Shown here piece after piece: positions 9,137-20,523 of a stretch of 64,000 nt of DNA. Source of the stretch: Eubacteriales bacterium (GTDB lineage Bacteria; Bacillota; Clostridia; Oscillospirales; JAAYXM01); NCBI GenBank assembly GCA_045595365.1, contig JAZOAI010000035.1, forward strand, positions 5,049 to 69,048, written 5' to 3'. A model generated the notes under the pieces. It saw only the letters and a program-made list of their open reading frames with translations, was not told the origin of the DNA and made no database searches. Position 1 is the first letter of the stretch. Each line of letters starts with the position of its first letter. Position numbers and translations under genes: made by a program.

Positions 9137-9298
9137 CCGAGTTGCTTCGCAACCCACCTGTCTCGCTGCGGCTCGGTCACGTCGCGGGTCTGACAGCCCA
9201 CCGGACTGTCATTCAACACCGCGCCGACACTTCGCTACCCTCAAGGGAAAGGCGGGATTTAATTAAGCCGGGCAATGTGTCGAAGCCCCGTGAATTTG

Positions 9299-9327
9299 TT
9301 GACTTCAGGATGTAATTTTGCTATGAT
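9299..9327 (+). promoter_or_regulatory. Candidate SigA promoter for the AT-rich ORF
   Basis: ttgact (9299-9304), a 17-nt spacer ending in TGc, then tatgat (9322-9327). Confidence 0.55.
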
Positions 9328-9374
9328 TTAAGTAGAACAAAGGAAAGTTAGCAAGGAGTTAAGGAAGTGGTATT

Positions 9375-9902
9375 ATGAAAAAGAAATTGATAATTGTTTT
9401 TGTTGTAGTAATTCTTTTGATTTCTTTATTGCCTTTTCCGCAAAACATTGTGAGAACATATTATGGAGTGAACACAGAAAACGGTAAAAAGGTTGATATA
9501 GCCCTTGATATGAAATATTTGAGATTTCTGCTCCTAAAAGATAAAATGAGTGGAACAATCACCGTAAAAACCGAAACGGAAACATTTACTTATGGAGAAC
9601 ATTTGCATTATACAGGACAATCGCATTCAGAAAATAATGCTGGTGATTATGCACATAATTTTAATGGTTGGTACTACAATGATATGATGTATATGAAAAA
9701 ATACGAAAATGGTACAGCTTCAAAAATGCCCATTGGATTTGAAGGTCTTTTAGTTCATATAAGTTCTGGCTTTGATAAAATACTGATATTTCATAACGCA
9801 AATGAGGAAATTGGAACCCGAGAAGACAGTAGATATATTGGAAGTGCAGAACAAAATCAATTAGAGGAAGCCAAGGAGTATTTTGCAGGATACTATGATT
9901 AA
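9375..9902 (+). CDS. Hypothetical secreted or membrane-anchored protein (175 aa), AT-rich gene
   Basis: N-terminal MKKKLIIVFVVVILLISLL signal/anchor, aaggag RBS region upstream, own promoter and terminator. No family recognised. Confidence 0.6.
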   Translation: MKKKLIIVFVVVILLISLLPFPQNIVRTYYGVNTENGKKVDIALDMKYLRFLLLKDKMSGTITVKTETETFTYGEHLHYTGQSHSENNAGDYAHNFNGWYYNDMMYMKKYENGTASKMPIGFEGLLVHISSGFDKILIFHNANEEIGTREDSRYIGSAEQNQLEEAKEYFAGYYD

Positions 9903-9920
9903 AAAGTAATATGATATAGA

Positions 9921-9950
9921 ATGGGCAAGTTGCAAACCTTGCCCATTTTT
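9921..9950 (+). terminator. Intrinsic terminator
   Basis: atgggcaag (9921-9929) / cttgcccat (9938-9946) followed by tttt. Confidence 0.8.
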
Positions 9951-10035
9951 CGTTGTATCAGAATCAATTTCTGTGCGCAATCTCAACAAAACAATTATTC
10001 CTCAGAATTACCAGGCACAGACCCCAATCTCTTCC

Positions 10036-10064
10036 TTTACAATTAAATATATATTTGTTATAAT
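10036..10064 (+). promoter_or_regulatory. Candidate SigA promoter (extended -10)
   Basis: tttaca, a 17-nt spacer ending in TGt, then tataat, about 40 nt upstream of the ATG at 10103. Confidence 0.55.
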
Positions 10065-10102
10065 AATAAGTTGTCCGAATATTTGCTACAGAGGAAAATG
10101 TT

Positions 10103-11689
10103 ATGATACAAATAGGAAATCTCAAGCTTTCGCTTTCCGATGACGAGAAAAAGTTATATTCGCGCGCAGCTCGTGCGCTCAACATTTCTCCGAAGGAAAT
10201 CCGCGAGCTTAAAATACTGAAAAAAGCCGTCGATGCCCGCGAAAAGTCAAACGTTCATTTTGTTTTTTCCGTTGAGGTTTCGGTCTCGGGAAACGAAAAA
10301 CAAATCGTTTCAAGAGCTTCGCGCCGCGATGTTTCAATAAAACCCGCGCCGGAGCCCCTGGCGAATATATCTCCCTCCCTTTCTGCACGTCGGCCCGTTG
10401 TTGTCGGCGCAGGCCCCGCAGGCCTTTTTGCCGCACTTACTCTTGCGAGACACGGCGCGCGCCCGATTCTGATTGAACGCGGGCAGGCGGTTGAAGAGCG
10501 AAGCCATACGGTAAACGAATTCTGGAAGACAGGGCGACTCAACCCAAGCTCCAACGTTCAGTTCGGAGAAGGCGGTGCCGGTGCGTTTTCTGACGGCAAA
10601 TTGAATTCGGGGACTCACGACAAGCGACGGATGAGCGTTTTTTCGACATTTGTCAAACATGGCGCGCCGAAGGAAATAATGTATGTCCGCAACCCACACA
10701 TAGGCTCAGACAATCTCCCGAAGGTCGTTTCGGGAATCCGAGAGGAAATAAAGGAACTTGGCGGGAGCGTTTATTTTGAAACCGCGCTCACCGAAATCCA
10801 CACCAGAGATAACAGGCTCACGGCTATCTCCTGCACCTCTCCCGAGGGGGAAATAACCTTTGAAACCGATAATGTCATCCTCGCAGTCGGCCACTCCGCA
10901 CGCGACATTTTTGAGCTTCTTCACAATATGGGCGTTACGCTTACTCAGAAGCCGTTTTCGATGGGAGTCCGGATAGAGCATCTGCGGGATGATATTGACA
11001 AATGCAGATACGGCGACTTTGCGGGGCACCCCGCGCTCGGCGCCGCAGACTATAAGCTTTCAAACAAGCTCACAAACGGAAGAGGCGTATATACCTTCTG
11101 TATGTGCCCGGGCGGCGAGGTTATAAATGCTGCAAGCGAAGAGGGCGGGCTTGTGACGAACGGAATGAGCCTCTTTGCCAGAAACCGCGAAAACTCAAAC
11201 AGCGCACTTCTCGTAAGCGTCGGCCCCGAGGATTTCGGCGGAGACTCTCCTCTTGCAGGAGTTTTTATGCAGCGAAAAATTGAGCAGGCGGCATTTTCTC
11301 TCGGCGGCGGAAACTACCGCGCACCGGCGCAGACGGTTGAGGGCTTTCTCACGGGGAAGAAAACAGGGTTTTCAAAAGTTTCTCCGTCATTCCTGCCCGG
11401 AGTAGCGGAATGTAATATTTCCGAACTTTTCCCTGAATATATAACGGAATCTCTCCGCGCAGGGCTCGCAGGCTTTTCGCGCCTTATCCCTGCCTTTCGC
11501 GACGGCACAGCTGTTCTGACCGCCCCTGAAACCCGCTCGTCATCGCCTGTGCGCATATGCCGCGACGATAAGATGATGTCCTCGCTTTCCGGGCTTTACC
11601 CCTGCGGCGAAGGCGCGGGGTATGCCGGCGGGATTCTCTCCTCAGCAGTTGACGGCATCCGCGTTGCCGAGGCCGTTCTCAAAATTTAG
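10103..11689 (+). CDS. FAD-dependent oxidoreductase (COG2509-type uncharacterised FAD-dependent dehydrogenase)
   Basis: Dinucleotide-binding motif VVVGAGPAGLFAALTLARHG. C-terminal GLYPCGEGAGYAGGI motif typical of this family. 528 aa. Confidence 0.8.
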   Translation: MIQIGNLKLSLSDDEKKLYSRAARALNISPKEIRELKILKKAVDAREKSNVHFVFSVEVSVSGNEKQIVSRASRRDVSIKPAPEPLANISPSLSARRPVVVGAGPAGLFAALTLARHGARPILIERGQAVEERSHTVNEFWKTGRLNPSSNVQFGEGGAGAFSDGKLNSGTHDKRRMSVFSTFVKHGAPKEIMYVRNPHIGSDNLPKVVSGIREEIKELGGSVYFETALTEIHTRDNRLTAISCTSPEGEITFETDNVILAVGHSARDIFELLHNMGVTLTQKPFSMGVRIEHLRDDIDKCRYGDFAGHPALGAADYKLSNKLTNGRGVYTFCMCPGGEVINAASEEGGLVTNGMSLFARNRENSNSALLVSVGPEDFGGDSPLAGVFMQRKIEQAAFSLGGGNYRAPAQTVEGFLTGKKTGFSKVSPSFLPGVAECNISELFPEYITESLRAGLAGFSRLIPAFRDGTAVLTAPETRSSSPVRICRDDKMMSSLSGLYPCGEGAGYAGGILSSAVDGIRVAEAVLKI

Positions 11690-11710
11690 GCTACAAAAGG
11701 ACCTTCACCT

Positions 11711-12841
11711 ATGACAACCACTGAACAAAAGAAAAAACATTTTCAGATTATTCCTTTCATAAAACAAAATGCTGTTATGTTTATTGCTCTCATTGCAGCA
11801 ATTATAACGTGCTTTTTTGTACCCGTAGACCGCGAGTATCTCGGCTACTTTGACTTTAAAACGCTCACCTGCCTCTTCTGCGTTCTTGCCGTCGTATGTG
11901 CGCTCCGCAACATCTGTTTTTTCTACGTGCTGGCGCAAAGAGTTGTAGTTCTTTTCAAAAACGCGAGAATGAGCATTCTTGCCCTTGTCTATATCACCTT
12001 TATCGGCTCTATGCTTATCGCAAACGATATGGCTCTTCTTACCTTCCTCCCTCTCGGATATTTTGTTCTCACGGAAACAGGCAAGGAAAAGTATATGGCA
12101 TTCACCTTCATTATGCAGAATATCGCAGCAAACCTCGGCGGTATGCTTACTCCTTTCGGAAACCCGCAAAACCTCTATCTTTATACAAAATTCAATATTC
12201 CAAACCTTGAGTTTATGGGGATTATGGCACTTCCCTTCATTCTTTCGATTGCGCTCATAACTCTCTGCTGTTTTGTTTTCGTGAAGCCCGAAAAGCTTTT
12301 CATATCCGGCAACGAGGTTGTTCTCGACCGCAAAAAGACGGTTCTTTATCTTCTCCTTTTCGCGCTTTCAATAGCAATCGTCTTTCGCGGGATTTCCTAT
12401 CTGGTCGGGCTCGTTGTAATTCCGCTTTTTCTCCTCTATGCTGACCGCCCAGCTCTCCGGGCAGTTGATTATCCGCTTCTCCTCACCTTTGTTTTCTTCT
12501 TTATATTCGCAGGGAATATGGCAAGGATTGATATTGTTCACAAGCTTTTCTCTTATCTCCTTGAGAAGAACACGTTTCTTTTTTCAATCCTCTCTTGCCA
12601 GTTTATGAGTAATGTCCCCTCGGCGATCTTACTGTCGCAGTTTACAGAGGATTATGCAAGCCTTCTCCGAGGCGTGAATATCGGAGGCGTCGGAACGCTC
12701 ATCTCCTCGCTGGCAAGCCTTATAACCTTCAGAACGTATGTGCATCACAACCCCGGAAAAACTAAAAGCTATATAATAAAATTCTCCCTTTTTAACTTTG
12801 CTTTTCTCCTTATCCTTACCGGGTTTATGCTTATAATATAA
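11711..12841 (+). CDS. Anion/ion permease of the ArsB/NhaD (CitMHS/SLC13-like) superfamily
   Basis: 376 aa and polytopic. The motif TPFGNPQNLYLY is characteristic of this superfamily. Confidence 0.65.
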   Translation: MTTTEQKKKHFQIIPFIKQNAVMFIALIAAIITCFFVPVDREYLGYFDFKTLTCLFCVLAVVCALRNICFFYVLAQRVVVLFKNARMSILALVYITFIGSMLIANDMALLTFLPLGYFVLTETGKEKYMAFTFIMQNIAANLGGMLTPFGNPQNLYLYTKFNIPNLEFMGIMALPFILSIALITLCCFVFVKPEKLFISGNEVVLDRKKTVLYLLLFALSIAIVFRGISYLVGLVVIPLFLLYADRPALRAVDYPLLLTFVFFFIFAGNMARIDIVHKLFSYLLEKNTFLFSILSCQFMSNVPSAILLSQFTEDYASLLRGVNIGGVGTLISSLASLITFRTYVHHNPGKTKSYIIKFSLFNFAFLLILTGFMLII

Positions 12842-12868
12842 TCTTCAAAAAAGGAGGCATCTGCTGTT

Positions 12869-14824
12869 TTGAACAAGTTTACCATTGAAGCTCCGTATTC
12901 GCCGACGGGCGACCAGCCCGCCGCGATTGATGCGTTAGTCCGCGGAATTGAAATGGGCCTTTCCGAGCAGACGCTTCTCGGTGTTACGGGCTCAGGAAAA
13001 ACCTTTACTATGGCAAACATTATCGAGCGGGTTCAGAAGCCCACGCTTGTGCTTGCCCACAACAAAACGCTTGCGGCTCAGCTTTGCTCTGAGCTGAAAG
13101 CATTTTTCCCGAATAATGCCGTTGAATACTTTGTTTCATATTTTGATTATTACCAGCCCGAGGCATATATTCCGCACACTGATACCTATATAGAAAAGGA
13201 TTCCTCAACAAATGAGGAGATTGACCGCCTCCGCCACAGCGCAACAGCCTCACTCGGCGAGAGGCGCGATGTTATAATCGTCGCAAGTGTTTCATGTATA
13301 TACGGCCTCGGCGACCCGATAGATTATTCAAGCATGGTAATCTCTCTCCGCCCCGGGATGACAAAGGAGCGCGACGAGGTTATCCGCAAGCTTGTTGAAA
13401 TCCGCTATGAGAGAAATGACGTTGCCTTTGAGCGCAACAAGTTCCGCGTGCGCGGGGACACTGTTGAAATCTTCCCGGTTTACTCAAACGATTCTGCCAT
13501 ACGTGTTGAATTTTTCGGGGATGAGGTTGACAGAATTTCAGAAATCAACATTGTTACGGGGGCTATAAAGCGCGAGCTTTCCCACGTTGCAATTTATCCC
13601 GCATCCCACTATGTTTCAACTCCCGAAAAAATGGCAAAGGCGTGCAACGAAATTATAGACGAAATGGAAGCGCGAGTCCGCGAATTCGAAGCAGACGACA
13701 AGCTTCTTGAGGCACAGAGAATCCGCCAGCGCACGGAATATGACGTTGAGATGATAGAAGAGCTTGGCTATTGCAACGGCATTGAAAACTATTCGAGAAT
13801 CATAAGCGGCAGAGAACCGGGGAGCGCTCCGTTTACACTTATGGACTACTTCCCCGATGATTTTCTTCTGATAGTTGACGAATCCCACGTTACTCTCCCG
13901 CAGGTGCGCGGGATGTATGCAGGTGACCGCGCAAGAAAGGAAACTCTTGTGAAATACGGCTTCCGCCTGCCGAGTGCATTTGATAACAGGCCATTAAATT
14001 TCGCCGAATTTGAAGACCACATCAACCAGGTTATCTACGTTTCGGCTACCCCCGGCGAGTATGAGCGCGAGCGCTCGGCGCAAATTGCAGAGCAGCTCAT
14101 CCGCCCGACAGGGCTGCTTGACCCCGAAGTCGACATCCGCCCGACAGAAGGGCAGATAGATGACCTTATCGGCGAGATTAACGCGCGCGTTGATGCACAC
14201 GAGCGCGTCCTCGTTACAACGCTGACAAAGAAAATGGCAGAGGACCTCACGGCGTATCTTGAGCAGGCGGGGATACGCGTCAAATATCTTCACCACAACG
14301 TTGAAACAATCGAGAGGATGGAGATAATCCGCGATTTGCGCCTTGGAACGTTTGACGTTCTTGTCGGCATAAATCTCTTAAGAGAAGGGCTTGACATCCC
14401 CGAGGTTTCCCTTGTGGCAATACTTGACGCTGACCGCGAAGGCTTTCTCAGAAGTGAAACCTCGCTTATCCAGACAATGGGAAGAGCGGCGAGAAATGAC
14501 CACGGCAAGGTAATTATGTATGCCGACAGTGTGACCGGCTCAATGCGCCGCGCGATTGACGAAACCATGCGCCGCCGCACACTTCAGGCGGCATATAATG
14601 AAAAACACGGAATCGTTCCGAAAACCATTATCAAGGATGTTGCAGAGCTTCTTGAAATATCGAAGGATGCAACAGAGCCAAAGCGCGAAAAGCTGACCGG
14701 GAAAGCGCGCGATGAGATGATAAGAAAGCTTGAGCGCGATATGAAGGAAGCCTCACGGCTGCTTGAGTTTGAATATGCCGCGATGCTCCGCGACAGAATA
14801 ATAGAGCTTCGAGGGCAAGAATAA
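12869..14824 (+). CDS. uvrB: Excinuclease ABC subunit B
   Basis: TTG start. PTGDQPAAI, Walker [11 protein letters not shown], helicase motifs, and the C-terminal UVR domain [14 protein letters not shown]. Confidence 0.97.
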   Translation: MNKFTIEAPYSPTGDQPAAIDALVRGIEMGLSEQTLLGVTGSGKTFTMANIIERVQKPTLVLAHNKTLAAQLCSELKAFFPNNAVEYFVSYFDYYQPEAYIPHTDTYIEKDSSTNEEIDRLRHSATASLGERRDVIIVASVSCIYGLGDPIDYSSMVISLRPGMTKERDEVIRKLVEIRYERNDVAFERNKFRVRGDTVEIFPVYSNDSAIRVEFFGDEVDRISEINIVTGAIKRELSHVAIYPASHYVSTPEKMAKACNEIIDEMEARVREFEADDKLLEAQRIRQRTEYDVEMIEELGYCNGIENYSRIISGREPGSAPFTLMDYFPDDFLLIVDESHVTLPQVRGMYAGDRARKETLVKYGFRLPSAFDNRPLNFAEFEDHINQVIYVSATPGEYERERSAQIAEQLIRPTGLLDPEVDIRPTEGQIDDLIGEINARVDAHERVLVTTLTKKMAEDLTAYLEQAGIRVKYLHHNVETIERMEIIRDLRLGTFDVLVGINLLREGLDIPEVSLVAILDADREGFLRSETSLIQTMGRAARNDHGKVIMYADSVTGSMRRAIDETMRRRTLQAAYNEKHGIVPKTIIKDVAELLEISKDATEPKREKLTGKARDEMIRKLERDMKEASRLLEFEYAAMLRDRIIELRGQE

Positions 14825-14839
14825 GAAAGGTTTATCCGT

Positions 14840-17665
14840 ATGAACAAGAGTATTTTTATAAAAGGCGCAAGAGAACACAACCTCAAAAACATAGATGTCG
14901 AAATCCCGAGGGACAGCCTTGTCGTAGTCACAGGGCTCTCAGGCTCGGGCAAATCGAGCCTTGCCTTTGACACAATCTATGCCGAGGGGCAGCGCAGATA
15001 TGTTGAGTCGCTCTCCTCATACGCAAGAATGTTTCTCGGTCGTATGGACAAGCCCGACGTTGACTATATTGAAGGGCTCTCTCCCGCAATATCCATCGAC
15101 CAGAAAACAACCTCGAAAAACCCGAGGTCAACCGTCGGAACGGTCACGGAGATATACGACTATCTCCGCCTTTTGTGGGCAAACATCGGAACTCCCCACT
15201 GCCCCGTATGCGGGAAGGTTATTGACCAGCAGACCACCGACCAGATTTGTGACCGCATCATGGCGCTTCCTGCAGGAACAAAATTTCAGGTGCTTGCGCC
15301 GGTTGTCCGCTCGCGCAAGGGTGAACACGAAAAGGTTTTTGAAAGCGCAAAGCGCGCAGGCTATGTGCGTGCGCGCGTTGACGGAAGCGTTTACGATCTT
15401 TCCGAGGATATAAAGCTTGAAAAGAATAAAAAACACAATATCGAAATTATAATCGACCGCCTCGTCATAAAAGATGGGCTTGAAATGCGCCTTACTGACT
15501 CAATAGAGACGGCAACGAAGCTTTCAGGCGGGCTTTGCCTTATCGACGTTATCGGCGGTGAGGAACTTACCTTCTCACAGAACTACGCTTGCGATGACTG
15601 CGGCATAAGCATAGAAGAGCTTACCCCGCGAATGTTTTCTTTTAACAACCCCCACGGCGCATGCGCCGATTGTTCGGGTCTCGGAACTCTTTTAAGGGTT
15701 GACCCTGACCAGATTATTCCCGATAAGTCAAAGTCCATCCTCGGCGGCGCAATCCACGCTTCCGGCTGGGGAAACCCCATCCCCGGTTCTATCTCAAGAA
15801 TGTATTATGACGGGCTTGCAAAGCACTATAACTTTGACCTCAACCTTCCTGTGTCGGAAATTCCGGAGGAAGCTTATAATGCGCTGTTGTACGGAACGGG
15901 CGGCGAGAAAATCCCCCTGCATTACGACAAGTCATACGGCAAGGGCGATTACACCCAGGCGTGGGAAGGGCTTGTTGCAAACCTTGAGCGGCGGTACCAC
16001 GAAACTGCAAGCGAATATTCCAAGGCAGAAATCGAGGAGTGTATGATTCACACGCCCTGCAAAGCCTGCGGGGGAAAAAGGCTTCGCCGAGAGGCGCTCG
16101 CCGTCACGGTCGGCGGGATAAACATCTCGGAAATGTGCGATATGCCCGTAAATGACGCGCTTTCATTCATAAACGGTGTTGAGGAATCTCTCACGGAGCG
16201 CGAAAAGAAGATTGCCGCGCTTATTCTCCGCGAAATCCGCGAGAGACTCGGCTTTTTGCAGAGTGTCGGGCTTTCGTATCTCACACTCTCGCGAAGCGCG
16301 GGGACTCTTTCGGGCGGTGAAAGCCAGCGCATACGCCTCGCAACGCAAATCGGCTCATCTCTTATGGGCGTTCTCTATATTCTCGACGAGCCTTCAATAG
16401 GCCTTCACCAGCGCGATAACGAAAAGCTTCTCTCAACACTTAAGCGGCTTCGTGACCTCGGGAACACTCTCATTGTCGTTGAACACGACGAGGACACGAT
16501 GAAAAACGCTGACTATGTAATTGACGTCGGCCCGGGCGCGGGAGTCCACGGTGGCGAAATCGTTGCCGCAGGCAAGCTTTCCGACATCATAGCCGAGGAG
16601 CGCTCAATAACCGGGCAATATCTCTCAGGGAAAAAGAAAATCCCCGTTCCTTCCGAGCGTCGGCGCGGAAACGGAAAGTTCATCGAAATAGTCGGTGCAA
16701 AGGAAAATAACCTTAAAAATATAAATGTGAAAATCCCGCTCGGGAAATTCACCTGCATAACCGGTGTTTCGGGTTCGGGCAAATCCTCGCTCACTAACGA
16801 AATCCTGTATAAACACCTCGCCGCAAAATTAAACGGCGCAAAAACGCACCCCGGACAGTTTGACAAGTTCTCGGGAATTGAAAATCTCGACAAGATTATC
16901 GACATTGACCAGTCCCCCATCGGGCGAACACCGCGCTCAAACCCTGCGACATACACCGGCGTTTTCAACGACATCCGCAACCTCTTTGCGATGAGCCCTG
17001 ATGCAAAAATGCGCGGCTATTCAAGCGGCCGCTTTTCCTTCAACGTTCGCGGCGGCAGATGCGAGGCGTGCTCGGGCGACGGTGTCAATAAGATAGAAAT
17101 GCATTTTCTCCCGGATGTATACGTCACTTGTGACGTGTGCCACGGAAAGCGCTATAACCGAGAAACACTCGAGGTCAAATACAAGGGCAAGAACATCGCA
17201 GATGTTCTTGATATGACCTGTGAGGAGGCCTATGAGTTTTTCAAGCATATTCCGAAAATTGCGAAAAGGATAGAGACGTTAAACGACGTCGGCCTCGGAT
17301 ATATAAAGCTCGGTCAGGCATCAACCACACTCTCGGGCGGCGAGGCGCAGCGCGTCAAGCTTGCAACGGAGCTGTCAAAAAAGAGCACGGGCAAAACGAT
17401 ATATATTCTCGATGAACCGACAACAGGTCTCCACGTTGCCGACGTTCACAAGCTTGTTGATATGCTTGCGCGGCTGACTGACGCCGGAAACACAGTTGTC
17501 GTAATTGAACACAACTTGGATGTTATAAAGTGTGCCGACCACATAATCGACCTCGGCCCCGAAGGCGGCAGCGGCGGCGGAGAAATCGTCTGCGAGGGAA
17601 CGCCCGAGGAAGTAGCAAAATGCGAAGCTTCTCATACTGGAAGGTATCTCAAAACCGTTCTGTAA
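14840..17665 (+). CDS. uvrA: Excinuclease ABC subunit A
   Basis: 941 aa. Two ABC modules ([14 protein letters not shown] and [10 protein letters not shown]), zinc-finger cysteine clusters, LSGGE signatures. Confidence 0.97.
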   Translation: MNKSIFIKGAREHNLKNIDVEIPRDSLVVVTGLSGSGKSSLAFDTIYAEGQRRYVESLSSYARMFLGRMDKPDVDYIEGLSPAISIDQKTTSKNPRSTVGTVTEIYDYLRLLWANIGTPHCPVCGKVIDQQTTDQICDRIMALPAGTKFQVLAPVVRSRKGEHEKVFESAKRAGYVRARVDGSVYDLSEDIKLEKNKKHNIEIIIDRLVIKDGLEMRLTDSIETATKLSGGLCLIDVIGGEELTFSQNYACDDCGISIEELTPRMFSFNNPHGACADCSGLGTLLRVDPDQIIPDKSKSILGGAIHASGWGNPIPGSISRMYYDGLAKHYNFDLNLPVSEIPEEAYNALLYGTGGEKIPLHYDKSYGKGDYTQAWEGLVANLERRYHETASEYSKAEIEECMIHTPCKACGGKRLRREALAVTVGGINISEMCDMPVNDALSFINGVEESLTEREKKIAALILREIRERLGFLQSVGLSYLTLSRSAGTLSGGESQRIRLATQIGSSLMGVLYILDEPSIGLHQRDNEKLLSTLKRLRDLGNTLIVVEHDEDTMKNADYVIDVGPGAGVHGGEIVAAGKLSDIIAEERSITGQYLSGKKKIPVPSERRRGNGKFIEIVGAKENNLKNINVKIPLGKFTCITGVSGSGKSSLTNEILYKHLAAKLNGAKTHPGQFDKFSGIENLDKIIDIDQSPIGRTPRSNPATYTGVFNDIRNLFAMSPDAKMRGYSSGRFSFNVRGGRCEACSGDGVNKIEMHFLPDVYVTCDVCHGKRYNRETLEVKYKGKNIADVLDMTCEEAYEFFKHIPKIAKRIETLNDVGLGYIKLGQASTTLSGGEAQRVKLATELSKKSTGKTIYILDEPTTGLHVADVHKLVDMLARLTDAGNTVVVIEHNLDVIKCADHIIDLGPEGGSGGGEIVCEGTPEEVAKCEASHTGRYLKTVL

Positions 17666-17735
17666 AAGTTTTTTGCAAAAAAAGAGGAAATTCGGTCGTT
17701 TGTGAGTATATTACTTATATAAGGGGTGATACGTG

Positions 17736-18740
17736 ATGAATATAAGGCAGATTGAAGAGCAAAAAGAAGCCCGCGAGCTTTCGGAGTTTGCTTGTCTTTC
17801 GTCTGAAAGCCTCGGCAGAGCAAGAATGGAGAGCGAATGCGAAGTCCGCACCTGCTTCATGCGCGACCGCGACAGGATTATTCATTCAAAGTCATTCAGG
17901 CGCTTAAAACATAAAACCCAGGTTTTCATATCGCCCGAGGGCGACCATTACCGCACGCGCCTCACTCACACCCTTGAGGTTTCAGGAATCGCGAGGACTA
18001 TCGCCCGCGCACTTTCTCTCAACGAGGGTCTCTGCGAAGCAATCGCCATGGGCCATGACCTCGGCCACACTCCCTTCGGCCACGGCGGAGAGCGCGAACT
18101 TGCCGCTCTGACTGACGGCGCCTTCCGGCACAATCTCCAGAGTGTCCGCGTTGCTGAGAAAATTGAACATCAGGGAAAGGGCTTAAACCTCACGCGCGAA
18201 GTGCTTGACGGCATAGCTTGCCACAGCGGAGACTTAAGAGCAAAAACGCTTGAGGGGAGAGTTGTCGCCCTTGCCGACAGAATTGCATATATAAACCACG
18301 ATATTGACGATGCCTGCCGCGCGGATCTCTTGCAGGAAAGCGACATTCCCCGGGAGTTTACGGGCATTCTGGGCAATCGCCCGAGTGAGAGAATAAACAC
18401 TCTTGTTATGGACACAATCAAAGAGAGCCTCGGCCGTGACGAAATCAGAATGTCAGAGGATGTCAAAGGCGCGATGATGGGGCTTCGCAAGTTTATGTTC
18501 GAACGCGTTTACAGAGCTGACTTTGCCCTGCGACAGGAAGAAAAGGTCCGCGACGTTATCGGAAGGCTTTTTGAGTATTATATAAGCGACATTGACCGCC
18601 TCCCGGAGGAATACAGCAAAATCGCGGAGGAGGACGGAGAAATTACGGCAGTCTGTGATTTTATAGCGTGTATGTCAGACCGCTACGCACTCAATACATA
18701 CAGCGAAATTTTTCTCCCTATTTCCTGGGGGCATATTTAA
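17736..18740 (+). CDS. dgt: dGTP triphosphohydrolase-like HD-domain protein
   Basis: HD motif region HDLGHTPFGHGGE. The position immediately upstream of dnaG-sigA is typical of Firmicutes. The ATG at 17736 is preferred over the GTG at 17733. Confidence 0.85.
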   Translation: MNIRQIEEQKEARELSEFACLSSESLGRARMESECEVRTCFMRDRDRIIHSKSFRRLKHKTQVFISPEGDHYRTRLTHTLEVSGIARTIARALSLNEGLCEAIAMGHDLGHTPFGHGGERELAALTDGAFRHNLQSVRVAEKIEHQGKGLNLTREVLDGIACHSGDLRAKTLEGRVVALADRIAYINHDIDDACRADLLQESDIPREFTGILGNRPSERINTLVMDTIKESLGRDEIRMSEDVKGAMMGLRKFMFERVYRADFALRQEEKVRDVIGRLFEYYISDIDRLPEEYSKIAEEDGEITAVCDFIACMSDRYALNTYSEIFLPISWGHI

Positions 18741-18766
18741 CCGAAGGATAATTGAGATGAAAGGAA

Positions 18767-20521
18767 GTGAAAACGTTGGCTTTTCCCAGAGAATTTATGG
18801 ACGAGCTTTTGGCAAGAAACGATATTGTATCCGTAGTTTCAAGGTATGTAAACCTCAACCGACGCGGCTCGAATCACCTCGGGCTGTGCCCTTTCCATAA
18901 CGAGAGAACGCCGTCGTTTTCTGTTTCATCGGAAAAACAGTTTTTCCATTGTTTCGGCTGCGGGGCAGGCGGAGATGTCATTACCTTCGTTATGAAGATT
19001 GAAAACATTGACTTTTCGGAGGCAGTTGCAAAGCTCGCCGACTGGGCAGGGCTTCAGATTCCGGAATCCTCTTACGGCGCAGAAGAGAGGGGGAAACGGC
19101 GGCGCGCGTATGATGCCTGCCGGGATTCAGCAAAGTTTTTCTACGAAAAGCTGAAGTCCCCCGACGGCGAAAGAGCAAGGAGCTATCTCCTCGGGCGAGG
19201 GCTTTCCCCCGCAACAATAACGCGTTTTGGCCTCGGCTATTCCCCAGACGGGTGGGACGGGCTTCTTTCAGAGCTTACCTCGCGGGGATACACAAAATCC
19301 GAGCTTTTGGAAGCCGGGCTTGTGACTACCGGAAAATCAGGAAAGATATATGACCGCTTCCGCGACCGCGCAATGTTCCCTATAATCGACATTCGGGGAA
19401 CCGTCATCGGTTTTGGCGGAAGAATAATGGGCGATGGAGAGCCTAAGTATTTAAACTCGCCCGAATCCGCAGTTTTTAACAAACGCAGAAATCTTTATGC
19501 GATGAACCTTGCCCGCAAGAGCGCGGCAGACTATTTCATCCTTGCTGAAGGATATATGGACGTTATCGCACTTCATCAGGCAGGCTTTGACAGCGCAGTC
19601 GCATCGCTCGGAACCTCGCTTACCGACGAGCAGGCGCAGCTTATGTCAAAATACAAAGGCAGGGTTATTATTTCCTATGACTCGGACAAGGCCGGGCGTG
19701 CAGCTTGCGAGCGCGCGATTGACATATTAAAGCGCGCGGGGCTTGATGTGAGAGTCCTTTCAATGGCCGGAGCAAAGGACCCTGACGAATACATCAAGAA
19801 GTTCGGAAAGGAAAGGTTTGCAGAGCTCATTGATCGGGCGCTTCCCGCGGCTGAATACAGGCTTCTGTCCACAAAGCAAACCTATGATTTAAGTGATGAC
19901 AAGCAGAGGGTTTTGTATATAAAAGAGGCGGTTTTGCAGCTTGCAAAGTTGGCGAGTGAGTTTGAGCGCGAGATATATGCCGGCCGGATTTCTAAGGAAA
20001 CCGGCGTCACGCGCGATGCAATTTTAAAAGAAGCGGAGCGTGAAAGAAAAAAGCTCCTCCGCGAGAAAAAGAAGGAAGAGGAACGCAAAACACTCGACCC
20101 CGTAAGCGCAATTATGCCGAAGGACAAAACGGCAAGATACAAAAACCCGCGCTCGGCGATTGCGGAAGAGGGGCTTCTGTCTCTTTGTGCATCCGATGCA
20201 AAGCTTTGCCTTGCCGCAACAGAAAAGGTCACCGGAAGTATGTTTTCATCAGAGCTTTTAGGGCGCGCCTTCGACATCATCTGCCGGGAGGCGCGGGAGG
20301 CAGGAAAGGAAGCTGATATGCACACCATCTGCGAAAGCATGAGCGAGGATGAGGCTTCGCATATAGCCGCCGTTTTTGCGAGAAGGGGCGGTGTCGGGCG
20401 CGAGGCGCTCGGCGATTATATAGACATAATCACTCAGGAGCATTTGAAAGGGAGCGGGAATGACGATGATGCCGCACTTTTAGCTGCTGCAGAATTCTAC
20501 AAAAAAAAGAAGGGGATATAA
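18767..20521 (+). CDS. dnaG: DNA primase
   Basis: CHC2 zinc finger [42 protein letters not shown]...SYDSDKAG. The start is uncertain: GTG at 18767 or TTG at 18776. Confidence 0.95.
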   Translation: MKTLAFPREFMDELLARNDIVSVVSRYVNLNRRGSNHLGLCPFHNERTPSFSVSSEKQFFHCFGCGAGGDVITFVMKIENIDFSEAVAKLADWAGLQIPESSYGAEERGKRRRAYDACRDSAKFFYEKLKSPDGERARSYLLGRGLSPATITRFGLGYSPDGWDGLLSELTSRGYTKSELLEAGLVTTGKSGKIYDRFRDRAMFPIIDIRGTVIGFGGRIMGDGEPKYLNSPESAVFNKRRNLYAMNLARKSAADYFILAEGYMDVIALHQAGFDSAVASLGTSLTDEQAQLMSKYKGRVIISYDSDKAGRAACERAIDILKRAGLDVRVLSMAGAKDPDEYIKKFGKERFAELIDRALPAAEYRLLSTKQTYDLSDDKQRVLYIKEAVLQLAKLASEFEREIYAGRISKETGVTRDAILKEAERERKKLLREKKKEEERKTLDPVSAIMPKDKTARYKNPRSAIAEEGLLSLCASDAKLCLAATEKVTGSMFSSELLGRAFDIICREAREAGKEADMHTICESMSEDEASHIAAVFARRGGVGREALGDYIDIITQEHLKGSGNDDDAALLAAAEFYKKKKGI

Positions 20522-20523
20522 AA

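Noticed and set aside
8681-9193. ORFs 8681..9193 (+, 170 aa) and 8829..9152 (-, 107 aa) across the hairpin array
   Set aside because: Both strands are open over the same palindromic GC-rich repeats. The translations are low-complexity (Arg/Pro/Gly-rich). There is no RBS, and the sequence is better explained as a repeat array.
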